From Candidatus Marithrix sp. (GTDB taxonomy: Bacteria > Pseudomonadota > Gammaproteobacteria > Beggiatoales > Beggiatoaceae), in NCBI GenBank assembly GCA_045046925.1, contig JASFYV010000223.1, positions 1 to 39,943 of the forward strand: a DNA stretch of 39,943 bases. The letters are read 5' to 3'. Of this stretch, positions 10,294-19,829 are shown piece by piece. The notes below the pieces were generated by a model. The model was given only the letters and a program-made list of their open reading frames with translations, ran no database searches and was not told where the DNA came from. The translations under genes and the position numbers were made by a program. How positions within the stretch are numbered: position 1 is the first letter of the stretch; every line of letters begins with the position of its first letter.

Positions 10294-11046
10294 TTATGAA
10301 AATATATATGGTTTAGGATAATCTATTTTTACTAAATATAATCCATCTGGACGTGCTGTGATTCCACCAACTTTTCTATTTTTGGCTTGTAAAACATCAT
10401 TTGCCCATTCTATTGGTTTTTCACCACGTCCAATTGTAATTAATACTCCTGCAATATTTCTTACCATATGATGTAAAAAACCATTAGCTGAAACATCTAT
10501 AATTATTTTTTTTTTAAGATAAGAAATTTTTATAGATAATATGGTTCTAATCGGACTATTTGCTTGACAAGTAATTGCTCTATAAGATGAAAAATCATGA
10601 GTTCCTATTAAGCATTTACTGGCATTTTTCATAGCTTGAATATCTAATGGTCTAAATTCCCAAGTAACTTTTTTATATAATATAGCTGGACGAACTGGTT
10701 TATTAAAAATAATATAACGATAATGACGAGTTTGAGCTGAAAAACGAGCATGGAAATTATTATCTACTGTTTTAGCCCATAATACACTGATATCTTTTGG
10801 TAAATTGCTATTAGTTCCTAATATCCAAGCATTTTTAGGACGTTCTACATTTACATCCACATGTATTACTTGTTCTAAGGCATGAACTCCAGTATCTGTA
10901 CGACCTGCACAAAAAACTTTTACTGGATGATTTGCTACTTTTGATAAAGCTGTTTCAACACAGCCTTGAACTGTACGAAGTTGTGGTTGAATTTGCCATC
11001 CAAAAAAATCATTACCAGCATATTCTATTCCTAAAGCGATTCTCAT
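10294..11046 (-). CDS. truA: tRNA pseudouridine(38-40) synthase TruA
   Basis: MRIALGIEY.G..F.GWQ, catalytic AGRTDTGVHA, FHARFSA, GTHDFSSYR, FLHHMVRNI, GLYL. Confidence 0.97.
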   Translation of the reverse strand: MRIALGIEYAGNDFFGWQIQPQLRTVQGCVETALSKVANHPVKVFCAGRTDTGVHALEQVIHVDVNVERPKNAWILGTNSNLPKDISVLWAKTVDNNFHARFSAQTRHYRYIIFNKPVRPAILYKKVTWEFRPLDIQAMKNASKCLIGTHDFSSYRAITCQANSPIRTILSIKISYLKKKIIIDVSANGFLHHMVRNIAGVLITIGRGEKPIEWANDVLQAKNRKVGGITARPDGLYLVKIDYPKPYIFS

Positions 11047-11339
11047 TTTGATAATTTTTATGTTATAATCTTCATTTAAAATTTAATATAAATTATTACT
11101 ATTAAATTTTCCTTAAAAAAATTAAGTAAAACTTAAATGATTTTTTCTTCTCCAGTGATAAGACCTGGTCTTTATCTGAAGGAACTTATTTAATCATATT
11201 TTTAGGGTTTTATATAATTTAGCAGTTTTCAAGTAAATATTTTAGCAACTAAAATTATACCTTAATCGAGTTTTTCTGTACATCAAATCGACAATCCAGA
11301 ATTTACTAAATTTACATCTAACTTGCATTTCATAATCAA

Positions 11340-12449
11340 TTGATAAAAAAACGCTGGGTTATAAAAATAGGCAGTGCTTTACTCACTAACGAAGGACGTG
11401 GCTTAGATAAAGAGGCTATTAAAGGCTGGGTAGAACAAATGGCTACTCTAAGGCAGAAATATGACCTAGAACTAGTTTTAGTGTCCTCTGGGGCAGTTGC
11501 CGAAGGTATGACCAGATTAAAGTGGAAAAAAAGGCCATTAGAACTATATAAACTTCAAGCTGCTGCTGCTGTTGGCCAAATGGGTATGATTCAAACCTAC
11601 GAATCTTTTTTCCAACAACATGCTTTACATACTGCTCAAATTTTATTGACCCATGATGATTTAGTAAATCGACAGCGTTATTTAAATGCTCGTAGTACTT
11701 TACGAAGTTTAATTGATCTAAACGTGATACCAGTGGTAAATGAAAATGATACCGTAACAACTGATGAATTTAAGTTTGGTGATAATGATACTTTGGCTAG
11801 TCTAGTAGCTAATCTAATTGAAGCTGATACCTTGATAATTTTGACTGATCAGCAAGGTTTATGTGAGGAAGACCCTCGTACAAATCCAGATGCAAAATTA
11901 ATAACAGAAGCTAGGGCTGGCGATCCTAATTTACTGGCTATGGCTAGTGCTACTGGTGGTACATTGGGATCAGGTGGTATGTTGACTAAACTAAAAGCCG
12001 CAAGATTAGCAGCTCGTTCTGGAACTAGGACTATACTTGCCTCTGGAAGATTAGAAAATGTGTTATTAAAAATTGCTGATAATAAATCTGTAGGAACCCT
12101 ATTAAAACCAGTTAATGAGCCGCTTGCCGCTCGTAAGCAATGGTTAGCATCTCATTTAAAAATGCAGGGTAAATTATATTTAGACGACGGAGCAGTCAAA
12201 GTATTACGAAACTCTGGGAAAAGTTTGTTGCCTATTGGAGTAGTAAAAATAAAAGGCCAATTTTCTCGTGGGGAAATGGTAGCTTGTGTTAATGCTGCTG
12301 AACAGGAAATAGCTCGTGGTTTAGTAAATTATAATTCTGTAGAAATCAAGAAGATTTTAGGCCATCCTAGTGGGCAAATTAAAGATATTTTAGGTTATGT
12401 GGACGAATCAGAATTAATTCATCGAGATAATTTAGTATTGGTTGAATAG
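11340..12449 (+). CDS. proB: Glutamate 5-kinase with PUA domain
   Basis: [39 protein letters not shown] and C-terminal PUA domain (GKSLLPIGV...IHRDNLV). TTG start. Confidence 0.97.
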   Translation: MIKKRWVIKIGSALLTNEGRGLDKEAIKGWVEQMATLRQKYDLELVLVSSGAVAEGMTRLKWKKRPLELYKLQAAAAVGQMGMIQTYESFFQQHALHTAQILLTHDDLVNRQRYLNARSTLRSLIDLNVIPVVNENDTVTTDEFKFGDNDTLASLVANLIEADTLIILTDQQGLCEEDPRTNPDAKLITEARAGDPNLLAMASATGGTLGSGGMLTKLKAARLAARSGTRTILASGRLENVLLKIADNKSVGTLLKPVNEPLAARKQWLASHLKMQGKLYLDDGAVKVLRNSGKSLLPIGVVKIKGQFSRGEMVACVNAAEQEIARGLVNYNSVEIKKILGHPSGQIKDILGYVDESELIHRDNLVLVE

Positions 12450-12492
12450 GTTTTATGGATAATATTTAGCTTATCTACCAATATTGCCAATT

Positions 12493-13341
12493 ATGGAAGC
12501 TACTTTTATTCCCTATACTGCTACTAGAACCCTGCCAAAAGGTAAAATTTTAATACTATCTCCACATCCAGATGATGAAGTATTTGGTTGTGCAGGTGCT
12601 ATCATTCAACATATAAAACAAGGAAATATAGTTAAAGTTATTATTATCACTGATGGTAGTGCTGCTGTTAATCATCATGATACTAATAGTCGTCTACGTT
12701 ACATAGAAACTCGTCAACAAGAAAGTTGTAAAGCAGCTAAGATTTTAGGCTATGGAATTCCCGAATTTTGGAATTTAGTTGACCGTACTTTGACCAATAA
12801 TAAACAGCTAGTACAACGTTTATCTGAATATATTCGATTTAATAATATAACCCAAGTTTATGCTCCTTCATTAGCTGAAATTCATCCAGATCATAGTGCT
12901 TTGGCAAATATAGCATTAAAAGTAGCTAATAATTGTAAAATTAAACTAATAATGTATGAAATTGGAATTCCTCTACATCCTAATATTTTATTGGACATAA
13001 CTCCTCATTTAGAACATAAAAAACGAGCAATGGATTGTTTTATCTCTCAATTAAAACTTCAAGATTATCGTCGTCATATTCTTGGGTTAAATAATTATCG
13101 GAGTTATACATTACCATCTCATATAACTACAGCAGAAGCATATTATATATTTGATAATAATATTACTGTTCAGCCTTGGCAAGTATTTGGCCCTAACAAG
13201 TTGACCCATGATTTTGCAACATTAACCAAAGAACTAAATACAATTTATAATAGTCATTCTTGGCGTTTAACCACTCCATTACGTTGGTTAAATAAATGGA
13301 GATTAAGGATAATTAAAATTAATTTAAATAACCTTTATTGA
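12493..13341 (+). CDS. PIG-L/LmbE family deacetylase
   Basis: SPHPDDEVFG, ITDGS, RQQES and HPDH metal-binding motifs. ATG at 12493 preferred over TTG at 12484. Confidence 0.88.
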   Translation: MEATFIPYTATRTLPKGKILILSPHPDDEVFGCAGAIIQHIKQGNIVKVIIITDGSAAVNHHDTNSRLRYIETRQQESCKAAKILGYGIPEFWNLVDRTLTNNKQLVQRLSEYIRFNNITQVYAPSLAEIHPDHSALANIALKVANNCKIKLIMYEIGIPLHPNILLDITPHLEHKKRAMDCFISQLKLQDYRRHILGLNNYRSYTLPSHITTAEAYYIFDNNITVQPWQVFGPNKLTHDFATLTKELNTIYNSHSWRLTTPLRWLNKWRLRIIKINLNNLY

Positions 13342-13478
13342 TCAGATTAGTATGATTTATCCCAGCTTAACTCGTTAAAAATTCCCATCATGATATCCTT
13401 CGCAATACAAATTATTTAATATATTTTCTAAAAAATTGTTATAATCCATAAATCATAAATTAATACGGTTCCTAAAAT

Positions 13479-16400
13479 ATGTTAGAACTTAACCTCAATT
13501 TTCCAAATCCACAACAGCTTGTAGTAAGTTTAGTCAATGATAAAACTGGCGAAAAAACAGGAATTTTAGAATTTAACTCACCTTTTTCTGGTAAAGGTCA
13601 TCAGCAATTAAGCTGGTATTTAGAACAATATGCTAATCAATATAGTTCAGATATAGATGATGAATCAGCAAAAAGAATTGAAAGTCAATTACCAGAACTT
13701 GGTAAAGCATTATTTAATAAAGTTTTTGCTAAAAAATCAGCCCATCAGCTATATAAAAAATTCCGTCAACAAAAAGATAATAACAAAATAATAACAATTA
13801 CAGCGAATCACCCATTAATTTTATCTTTACCTTGGGAATTATTGCATGATTCTAAGGGGAAAAATTTTCTAACTGTTGAAAAAATTGCCATCCAACGACG
13901 AGTAAATTGTCAAAATCCTACACGTATCAATCCTCAACAGAAATTACATATTTTATTTATAATAAGCCGTCCAACTAACGTTGATTTTACTGATCCACAT
14001 GTTAATAGCCAAGCTGCATTGGATACTCTGCAAAATTTATCACAAAAAATTACCGTAGAATTTTTACAACCAGCAACCGTACAAAAGTTACAAGAACGAC
14101 TACAAAATAAACAATTACCTCATGTTGATATAATTCATTTTGATGGATATAGCGTATTTGATGAAAATGCTGATCCAACAGATGATATAGAAGCCTTACC
14201 TGCTTATTTATTATTTGAACAAGAAGATGGCACAACTCACAAAGTATCAGCTCCATCATTTGCTAAAACTTTAAATCAACAACAAGTTAGTTTAGTGATT
14301 TTATCAGCGGCAGCCAATAAAATTGCCGATATGAACAGTGTAGCTGCTAGTTTAATCACAGCTGGGGTTCCATTTGTACTATCAATGAATTATTCATTAT
14401 TACAACCAGCAGCCCAAAAAGTTTTCAAAGTTTTTTATACCGGATTAATTCATGGTTATAAAGTTGGTGATGCAGTTAATAATGCTCGTTTTGCTTTATA
14501 TCAAGAACCAGATCGGCGTGACTTAATTCGGTTAAATAAACCAGCTAAAATTGAATTATACGATTGGTTTGTACCAACTTTCTATCATCATGGTTATGAT
14601 GCTCCATTATTAATTCGAGAAGATGTTAAACCAAATAAAATACGTTCCAATAGGAATAATTTACCAGTTAAATCTATCCCTAAATTTTTTGGTCATCGAC
14701 GTGATTTATGGAATATGGAACGGCAATTAGTTCATGGTAAACGCCATATGAATTTACACGGACCAGATGGTTATGGCAAAACTAGTTTGGTTCAAGAACT
14801 TGGTCGTTGGTTACAAAAAACTAATCAAATTAGTTCAGTAGTGTATATAGATTATGCTAATACTCGAAATATAGATCCGATCAGTATAGCAATCAGTTCG
14901 ATAGCTAAAGTATTACAAAAAAATCTAACTGATGTGGATTCTGTAACTCAAGCGTTAGCAAGAACTCCAACTTTAATAATTTTTGATAATATTGATGCAC
15001 TTGGTGAAAATAACAAATACGATTTTAATGAAAAAGAAGCTCTCATTTTCCAAGAAGAATTACATCCTTTAATTGTACATGAGGGTGAAACTAAAACTTT
15101 TTTCTTTAATGATGAACCAGTTGCAAAATTGCCGGCTGATTCTAAATTAGAAAAGATTGTAGTTGAAGAAGAATATGAAAAAACTACTGAGTTTCATTTT
15201 TCTTTTACTGAGAATGAAGAAATTGACAAATCTATAACAGATAATGTAGTAACAGAAGAACTGCAACCGATTAAGCCTAAACCAATTAAAGAAAATTCAT
15301 TAGCTAAATTACTAGATGTTGCAAAAAAATGGTCAGAAGTTGGACAAAGTTGTGTAATTGCTATTAGTCGTTATCCAAATCCTAAATTTTTAACGCATTG
15401 TCAATTAGGTAAATTAGAACCCATCGAAGCAGTGAGATATTTTGATACTGCAATGATAAATCCACCTGTGCATAATATGCCAAATCGACGTAAGTTAGAA
15501 CAATTATTTGAACAAGTTGATTACAATCCCTTAGCTATTAATATACTGACTTATCGTTTGCAACGTGATGATATAAATGATTTAACTAACCGTCTAGCTA
15601 ATGAATTACATCGTTTACCAATTAATTTACCGCCTGAAAATAGGGCTGTCCAAGCAACAATATTATTATTTACTGAAACTTTAGAACCTCAAATGAGAAG
15701 ACAATTACCAAAATTAAGAGTCTTTCAAAACGGTGCATTTGAAAATGTATTACGTTCTATTATCAATGTTCCAGAATCACAATGGCGACCAATGCGGAGA
15801 GCTTTAGAAAATTCTGGTTTAGTTCAAGTAGAAAATTTTGATGGATTAACAGTAGAATATTTAGAATTTCATCCTAGTATAGCAAGTATAGGAGAACTAT
15901 CTTCAGTTCAACATTTAGCCTTACAGGATCGTTATCAACAGGGTTATTATGAATTAGCTAATTTTTTATATAATGAAGAGGGTCGTAATCCTTATCATGC
16001 TAATATTATTGAACAAAAAGAACTACCTAATTTATTGACTGCTGCTTATGGAGCTGTTGAAACTGGTAAAGATTGGGCAAGAGACTTTGGCAATAAAGTA
16101 GATTCTTTCTTATCTGATTTTGGTCTAGTAACTAGTGGCAAGCAATTCGCTAAAGCAACAAAAGATCAAATTGAAGAACTAGCCGAACATTCTGAAGATT
16201 GGTTTGAACAATTTTCTGAACAAGTCAAACAATTGATGGCAGAAAATCATCAGCAAGAAGCTCAAGAAATGCTGGAAGGTATATTAGAATATTTACCAAG
16301 TGAACCAAACTATGAAAGATGTTTAACTTTAGGTCGATTAGGGAATTGTGCCAAATTATTGAATAATTCTGATCAAGCCATTGAAAACTATCAACAACAA

Positions 16401-17432
16401 TTAATTGAACTACAACAGTTAGAAGCATCTGATCAAGTAAACCGAGAGATTGCTCGAGCAGGAACTCATTTGGCTGATGTTTTAACTCACAAAGGTGAAT
16501 ATAATAGTGCCGAAGAAGCTTACATTGCAGCTCTATCAATTATGCAAAGTTTGAATGATGTCAATAGCATAGCTTCAATTCATGCCAAATTGGGAACTGT
16601 ACAAAAACTACAAAGTAATTTCCAAGAATCAGAACAAAATTTTCATCAAGCTTATCTTATGTTTAAACAAATGGATAAACCTCAAAATGAAGCAGCATCC
16701 CTGCATCAATTAGGCATGGTTTACCAACAAACTAGACAGTGGAAAGCTGCTAACCAAGCTTATTCCCAAGCTAATAGTATTTTTGAACAGCAAAATGATT
16801 TGGTAAATACAATAATTACTTGGCAACAATTGGCTCATGTTAATCAAATGCTTGGTAATTTACCAGCAGCAGAAGATTGGTATCGACAAGCAATTGAAGG
16901 CAATAAAACCTTAGAAAATTGGACTGAAGTTTCAATTGGATTGACTAATTTAGCAGAATTATTACAAGATCAGTTGGGACGCTTAGAAGAAGCAAAACAG
17001 TTAGCAGAAGCTGGTTTGGCTATAGATAAAGCTCATAATCCTGCTGATGTGGAAATTTGGAAGACTTATTTAATTTTAGCTAAAATAGCTGATAAACAAC
17101 ATAATACTAAACAGGCTGATATTTATCGAAAATTGGCTAATGAATCTAAAACTGGTGATTTAGAAGATACCGAAAATTTGGAAACACATAAGAAGTTTAT
17201 TGAAGCTGTGGTAACTACCATTAAACAGCCTAAGTTGCGTAAACAGTTGGATTCTATGTTAGAACAACGTAAATTAAGAGGCTGGGATAAATTAGTTGCG
17301 GCAGTACAGCGATTTTTAGATGGTGAGAAGGACGTAGAATATATTGCTCAAACCGAACAATTGGATGTTGAGGATGCTATGATAGTACATAATATTGCTC
17401 GTAAAACTAGTGAAAGTAAATTGAAAATATAG
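13479..17432 (+). CDS. CHAT (caspase-like) domain + P-loop NTPase (STAND-like) + TPR repeat protein
   Basis: SLPWELLHD, IISRP, DIIHFDG, VILSA and SMNYS (CHAT fold). Walker A GPDGYGKTS, Walker B LIIFDNID and YNPLAI (GxP-like). Multiple TPRs (AASLHQLGMVYQ, TWQQLAHVNQ). Confidence 0.88.
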   Translation: MLELNLNFPNPQQLVVSLVNDKTGEKTGILEFNSPFSGKGHQQLSWYLEQYANQYSSDIDDESAKRIESQLPELGKALFNKVFAKKSAHQLYKKFRQQKDNNKIITITANHPLILSLPWELLHDSKGKNFLTVEKIAIQRRVNCQNPTRINPQQKLHILFIISRPTNVDFTDPHVNSQAALDTLQNLSQKITVEFLQPATVQKLQERLQNKQLPHVDIIHFDGYSVFDENADPTDDIEALPAYLLFEQEDGTTHKVSAPSFAKTLNQQQVSLVILSAAANKIADMNSVAASLITAGVPFVLSMNYSLLQPAAQKVFKVFYTGLIHGYKVGDAVNNARFALYQEPDRRDLIRLNKPAKIELYDWFVPTFYHHGYDAPLLIREDVKPNKIRSNRNNLPVKSIPKFFGHRRDLWNMERQLVHGKRHMNLHGPDGYGKTSLVQELGRWLQKTNQISSVVYIDYANTRNIDPISIAISSIAKVLQKNLTDVDSVTQALARTPTLIIFDNIDALGENNKYDFNEKEALIFQEELHPLIVHEGETKTFFFNDEPVAKLPADSKLEKIVVEEEYEKTTEFHFSFTENEEIDKSITDNVVTEELQPIKPKPIKENSLAKLLDVAKKWSEVGQSCVIAISRYPNPKFLTHCQLGKLEPIEAVRYFDTAMINPPVHNMPNRRKLEQLFEQVDYNPLAINILTYRLQRDDINDLTNRLANELHRLPINLPPENRAVQATILLFTETLEPQMRRQLPKLRVFQNGAFENVLRSIINVPESQWRPMRRALENSGLVQVENFDGLTVEYLEFHPSIASIGELSSVQHLALQDRYQQGYYELANFLYNEEGRNPYHANIIEQKELPNLLTAAYGAVETGKDWARDFGNKVDSFLSDFGLVTSGKQFAKATKDQIEELAEHSEDWFEQFSEQVKQLMAENHQQEAQEMLEGILEYLPSEPNYERCLTLGRLGNCAKLLNNSDQAIENYQQQLIELQQLEASDQVNREIARAGTHLADVLTHKGEYNSAEEAYIAALSIMQSLNDVNSIASIHAKLGTVQKLQSNFQESEQNFHQAYLMFKQMDKPQNEAASLHQLGMVYQQTRQWKAANQAYSQANSIFEQQNDLVNTIITWQQLAHVNQMLGNLPAAEDWYRQAIEGNKTLENWTEVSIGLTNLAELLQDQLGRLEEAKQLAEAGLAIDKAHNPADVEIWKTYLILAKIADKQHNTKQADIYRKLANESKTGDLEDTENLETHKKFIEAVVTTIKQPKLRKQLDSMLEQRKLRGWDKLVAAVQRFLDGEKDVEYIAQTEQLDVEDAMIVHNIARKTSESKLKI

Positions 17433-17464
17433 AAAAGATTCATTGTGAAATTAAAAAAGTTTAA

Positions 17465-17590
17465 ATATGGAAGATCAAAAAATTAGTTGAAGCAATGAAT
17501 ACTAAAATCTGGTATAACAGCAGCGAGTTAAACAAAAACTCAACTTTTACTGTAGAATTTAACAAGTTTTTTAGTTTAGAACAAGTTTAG
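17465..17590 (+). pseudogene. Remnant of a histidine kinase HATPase C-terminus
   Basis: Stop-bounded frame reads IWKIKKLVEAMNTKIWYNSSELNKNSTFTVEF, resembling the post-G2 segment ICKKLVEAMGGxIWVESExGKGSTFxF. Everything upstream of this segment is missing. Confidence 0.55.
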
Positions 17591-17737
17591 TGAAAAACCT
17601 ACAAATAATATAGCTGTGATAAGACCTAAATTCTGTTGAAAAATAACAGAAATCATAATGTTCTGTAGCTAATACAGAGCTGCATATATTTTCAAACGGG
17701 AAGTTTTCCTAATTGAATAATTCTCAGGATAAAACTA

Positions 17738-18691
17738 ATGGAATCATTGCCGCAAAATACAATTAAATATATACCCAAGATCAATAAAATATTTGCTAAT
17801 CCATTTAATCCAGTTGGTTTGCGAGGTATCTTACGTCACAATGAACCTTTATCTAAACATACCTCATGGCGAGTTGGTGGGCCTGCACAATGGTTTTATG
17901 AACCAGCAGATATGGAAGATTTAATTCAATTTATGCAACAACTACCATCATATATTCCAGTTTTTTGGTTAGGTTTAGGTAGTAATCTGTTAATACGAGA
18001 TGGTGGTATTAAAGGTGTAGTAATATTAACTTCTGGTTTATTAAATGAAATTAAACTGTTAGATAAAAAATGTATCTATGCAGAAGCTGGGGTAAGCTGT
18101 GCTAGATTAGCTAGATTTGCTGCTAAAGCCAATTTAACTGGTATTGAATTTTTAGCGGGAATTCCAGGTACTTTAGGAGGAGCATTGGCTATGAATGCAG
18201 GAGCTTGGGGAGGTGATACTTGGTCGGCGGTTAGAGGAGTAGAAACATTGGATCAATATGGCCAACGTCATCGACGACAAGTTACAGATTATGAAATTGG
18301 TTATCGTAGTGTTAAAGGATTGAATAATGAATGGTTTGTTACTGCAACTTTGCAACTATCTACTAATCCTAATAAAAATGGCTTGGCAAAAATTCAGGCT
18401 TTATTAAAACAACGCAATGCCAATCAACCAATTGGTTTGCCTAGTTGTGGTTCAGTATTTCGGAATCCACCTAGTAATCATGCAGCTCGTTTGATAGAAC
18501 AGGCTGGTTGGAAAGGTTATTGTAGAGGTGGTGCTTATGTATCAGAAAAACATGCAAATTTTATTATTAGTAGTGATAGTGCTACAGCTAATGATATTGA
18601 AAGTCTAATTATAGATATACAATCCTCAATACAAAAAATGTTTCAAATTAGTTTGATTTCAGAGGTTCGTATTGTTGGAAGATATAAATAG
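17738..18691 (+). CDS. murB: UDP-N-acetylenolpyruvoylglucosamine reductase
   Basis: TSWRVGGPA, GLGSNLL, GIPGTLGGA..MNAGA, QP...SCGSVFRNP, SEKHANF, EVR. Confidence 0.97.
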   Translation: MESLPQNTIKYIPKINKIFANPFNPVGLRGILRHNEPLSKHTSWRVGGPAQWFYEPADMEDLIQFMQQLPSYIPVFWLGLGSNLLIRDGGIKGVVILTSGLLNEIKLLDKKCIYAEAGVSCARLARFAAKANLTGIEFLAGIPGTLGGALAMNAGAWGGDTWSAVRGVETLDQYGQRHRRQVTDYEIGYRSVKGLNNEWFVTATLQLSTNPNKNGLAKIQALLKQRNANQPIGLPSCGSVFRNPPSNHAARLIEQAGWKGYCRGGAYVSEKHANFIISSDSATANDIESLIIDIQSSIQKMFQISLISEVRIVGRYK

Positions 18692-18703
18692 ACTTACACA
18701 AAG

Positions 18704-19825
18704 TTAATGTATATTTGGTAATTTAATAGTTAAGATAGTGGTATTTGTCTCATCTGATGTGTCAAGATGGAGGCTACCTGTTTGAGTTTCAGCCATTAAT
18801 TTAGCAGAATAAGTTCCTAAGCCAGTACCATTGCTTTTACCCATAGTTACAAATTTATCGAAAAAGCTATTGCGGATTGCTACTGGAACAGTTCCTTGGT
18901 TACTAATTTTAATTGTTGCTTCCTCTTCATTATCAAGAAAAATCTTAATGATAGAGTCACTTGGTGAGGCTTCCAAAGCATTTCTGAACAAGTTAGCTAA
19001 CATGGAATAACATAACAAATATTCACCTTGGATTAAAAAATTACCTTCTGTTGTTATCAATTTACCATTTATCGAAATCTCTGTGGTTATATTCACAGTT
19101 TCCATATGAACCTTGGTCTCAGAGATAATTTTATTAAAAATTGCCATTATATTGACTCGATCTGGACTATAACTATAAGTTCCAATTTCCATTTTGTATA
19201 GATCAAGCGAACTATTGATCATATCTAACATTTGATAACCAGCAATTTCAATGTTTTTTAAAATATTTTTATGTAACCCACTATCAAATTCATCTATCAA
19301 CAATGAAGTTGCGCTGATAATACCATTAAGTGGATTTTTAAGGTCATGACGAGTTATATGCCCAACATTTTCTCGTAATACTGCCATTTCTTCTAAGTCA
19401 ACATTTTTCTGTTCTAATTCATCATAAGCTTTTGTTAATTTTTTATAAGCAGACATCAATTTTAATTGAGTTTTTACTCTGGCTGATACAATTGATGGAC
19501 TGATAGGTTTAGATATATAATCAGCTGCACCAAGTTCTAATCCTTTAGCTTCATCCATTTCACTATCCATGGCTGATACAAAAATAACCGGAATATATTT
19601 AGTAGCTGGATTTTGTTTTAATTGTCTACACACTTCATAACCATCCATGACTGGCATTATAATATCTAGCAAAATTAAATCTGGAATTGGGCTGGTAATA
19701 GCCATGTTTAATGCTGTTTTACCATTTTTAGCAACAAGTACCTCATAATTATTTTTTAAAATATTTCCTAAAGTATTGAGATTAACCGGTTCATCATCAA
19801 CAATTAAAACTCTGTTTTTCATCAT
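18704..19825 (-). CDS. Receiver-histidine kinase hybrid (REC-HisKA-HATPase), cytoplasmic
   Basis: LIVDD, LILLDIIMP and YISKP receiver motifs. H-box RHDLKNPL, N-box NLFRNALEAS, F-box FDKF and G2 GTGLG. No TM segment. Confidence 0.92.
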   Translation of the reverse strand: MMKNRVLIVDDEPVNLNTLGNILKNNYEVLVAKNGKTALNMAITSPIPDLILLDIIMPVMDGYEVCRQLKQNPATKYIPVIFVSAMDSEMDEAKGLELGAADYISKPISPSIVSARVKTQLKLMSAYKKLTKAYDELEQKNVDLEEMAVLRENVGHITRHDLKNPLNGIISATSLLIDEFDSGLHKNILKNIEIAGYQMLDMINSSLDLYKMEIGTYSYSPDRVNIMAIFNKIISETKVHMETVNITTEISINGKLITTEGNFLIQGEYLLCYSMLANLFRNALEASPSDSIIKIFLDNEEEATIKISNQGTVPVAIRNSFFDKFVTMGKSNGTGLGTYSAKLMAETQTGSLHLDTSDETNTTILTIKLPNIH

Positions 19826-19829
19826 ATTA

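Noticed and set aside
11155-17627. Shared 12-mer GTGATAAGACCT upstream of proB and murB, part of an imperfect palindrome at the first site
   Set aside because: Only two short copies, and the palindrome is not kept at the second site, so chance cannot be excluded.
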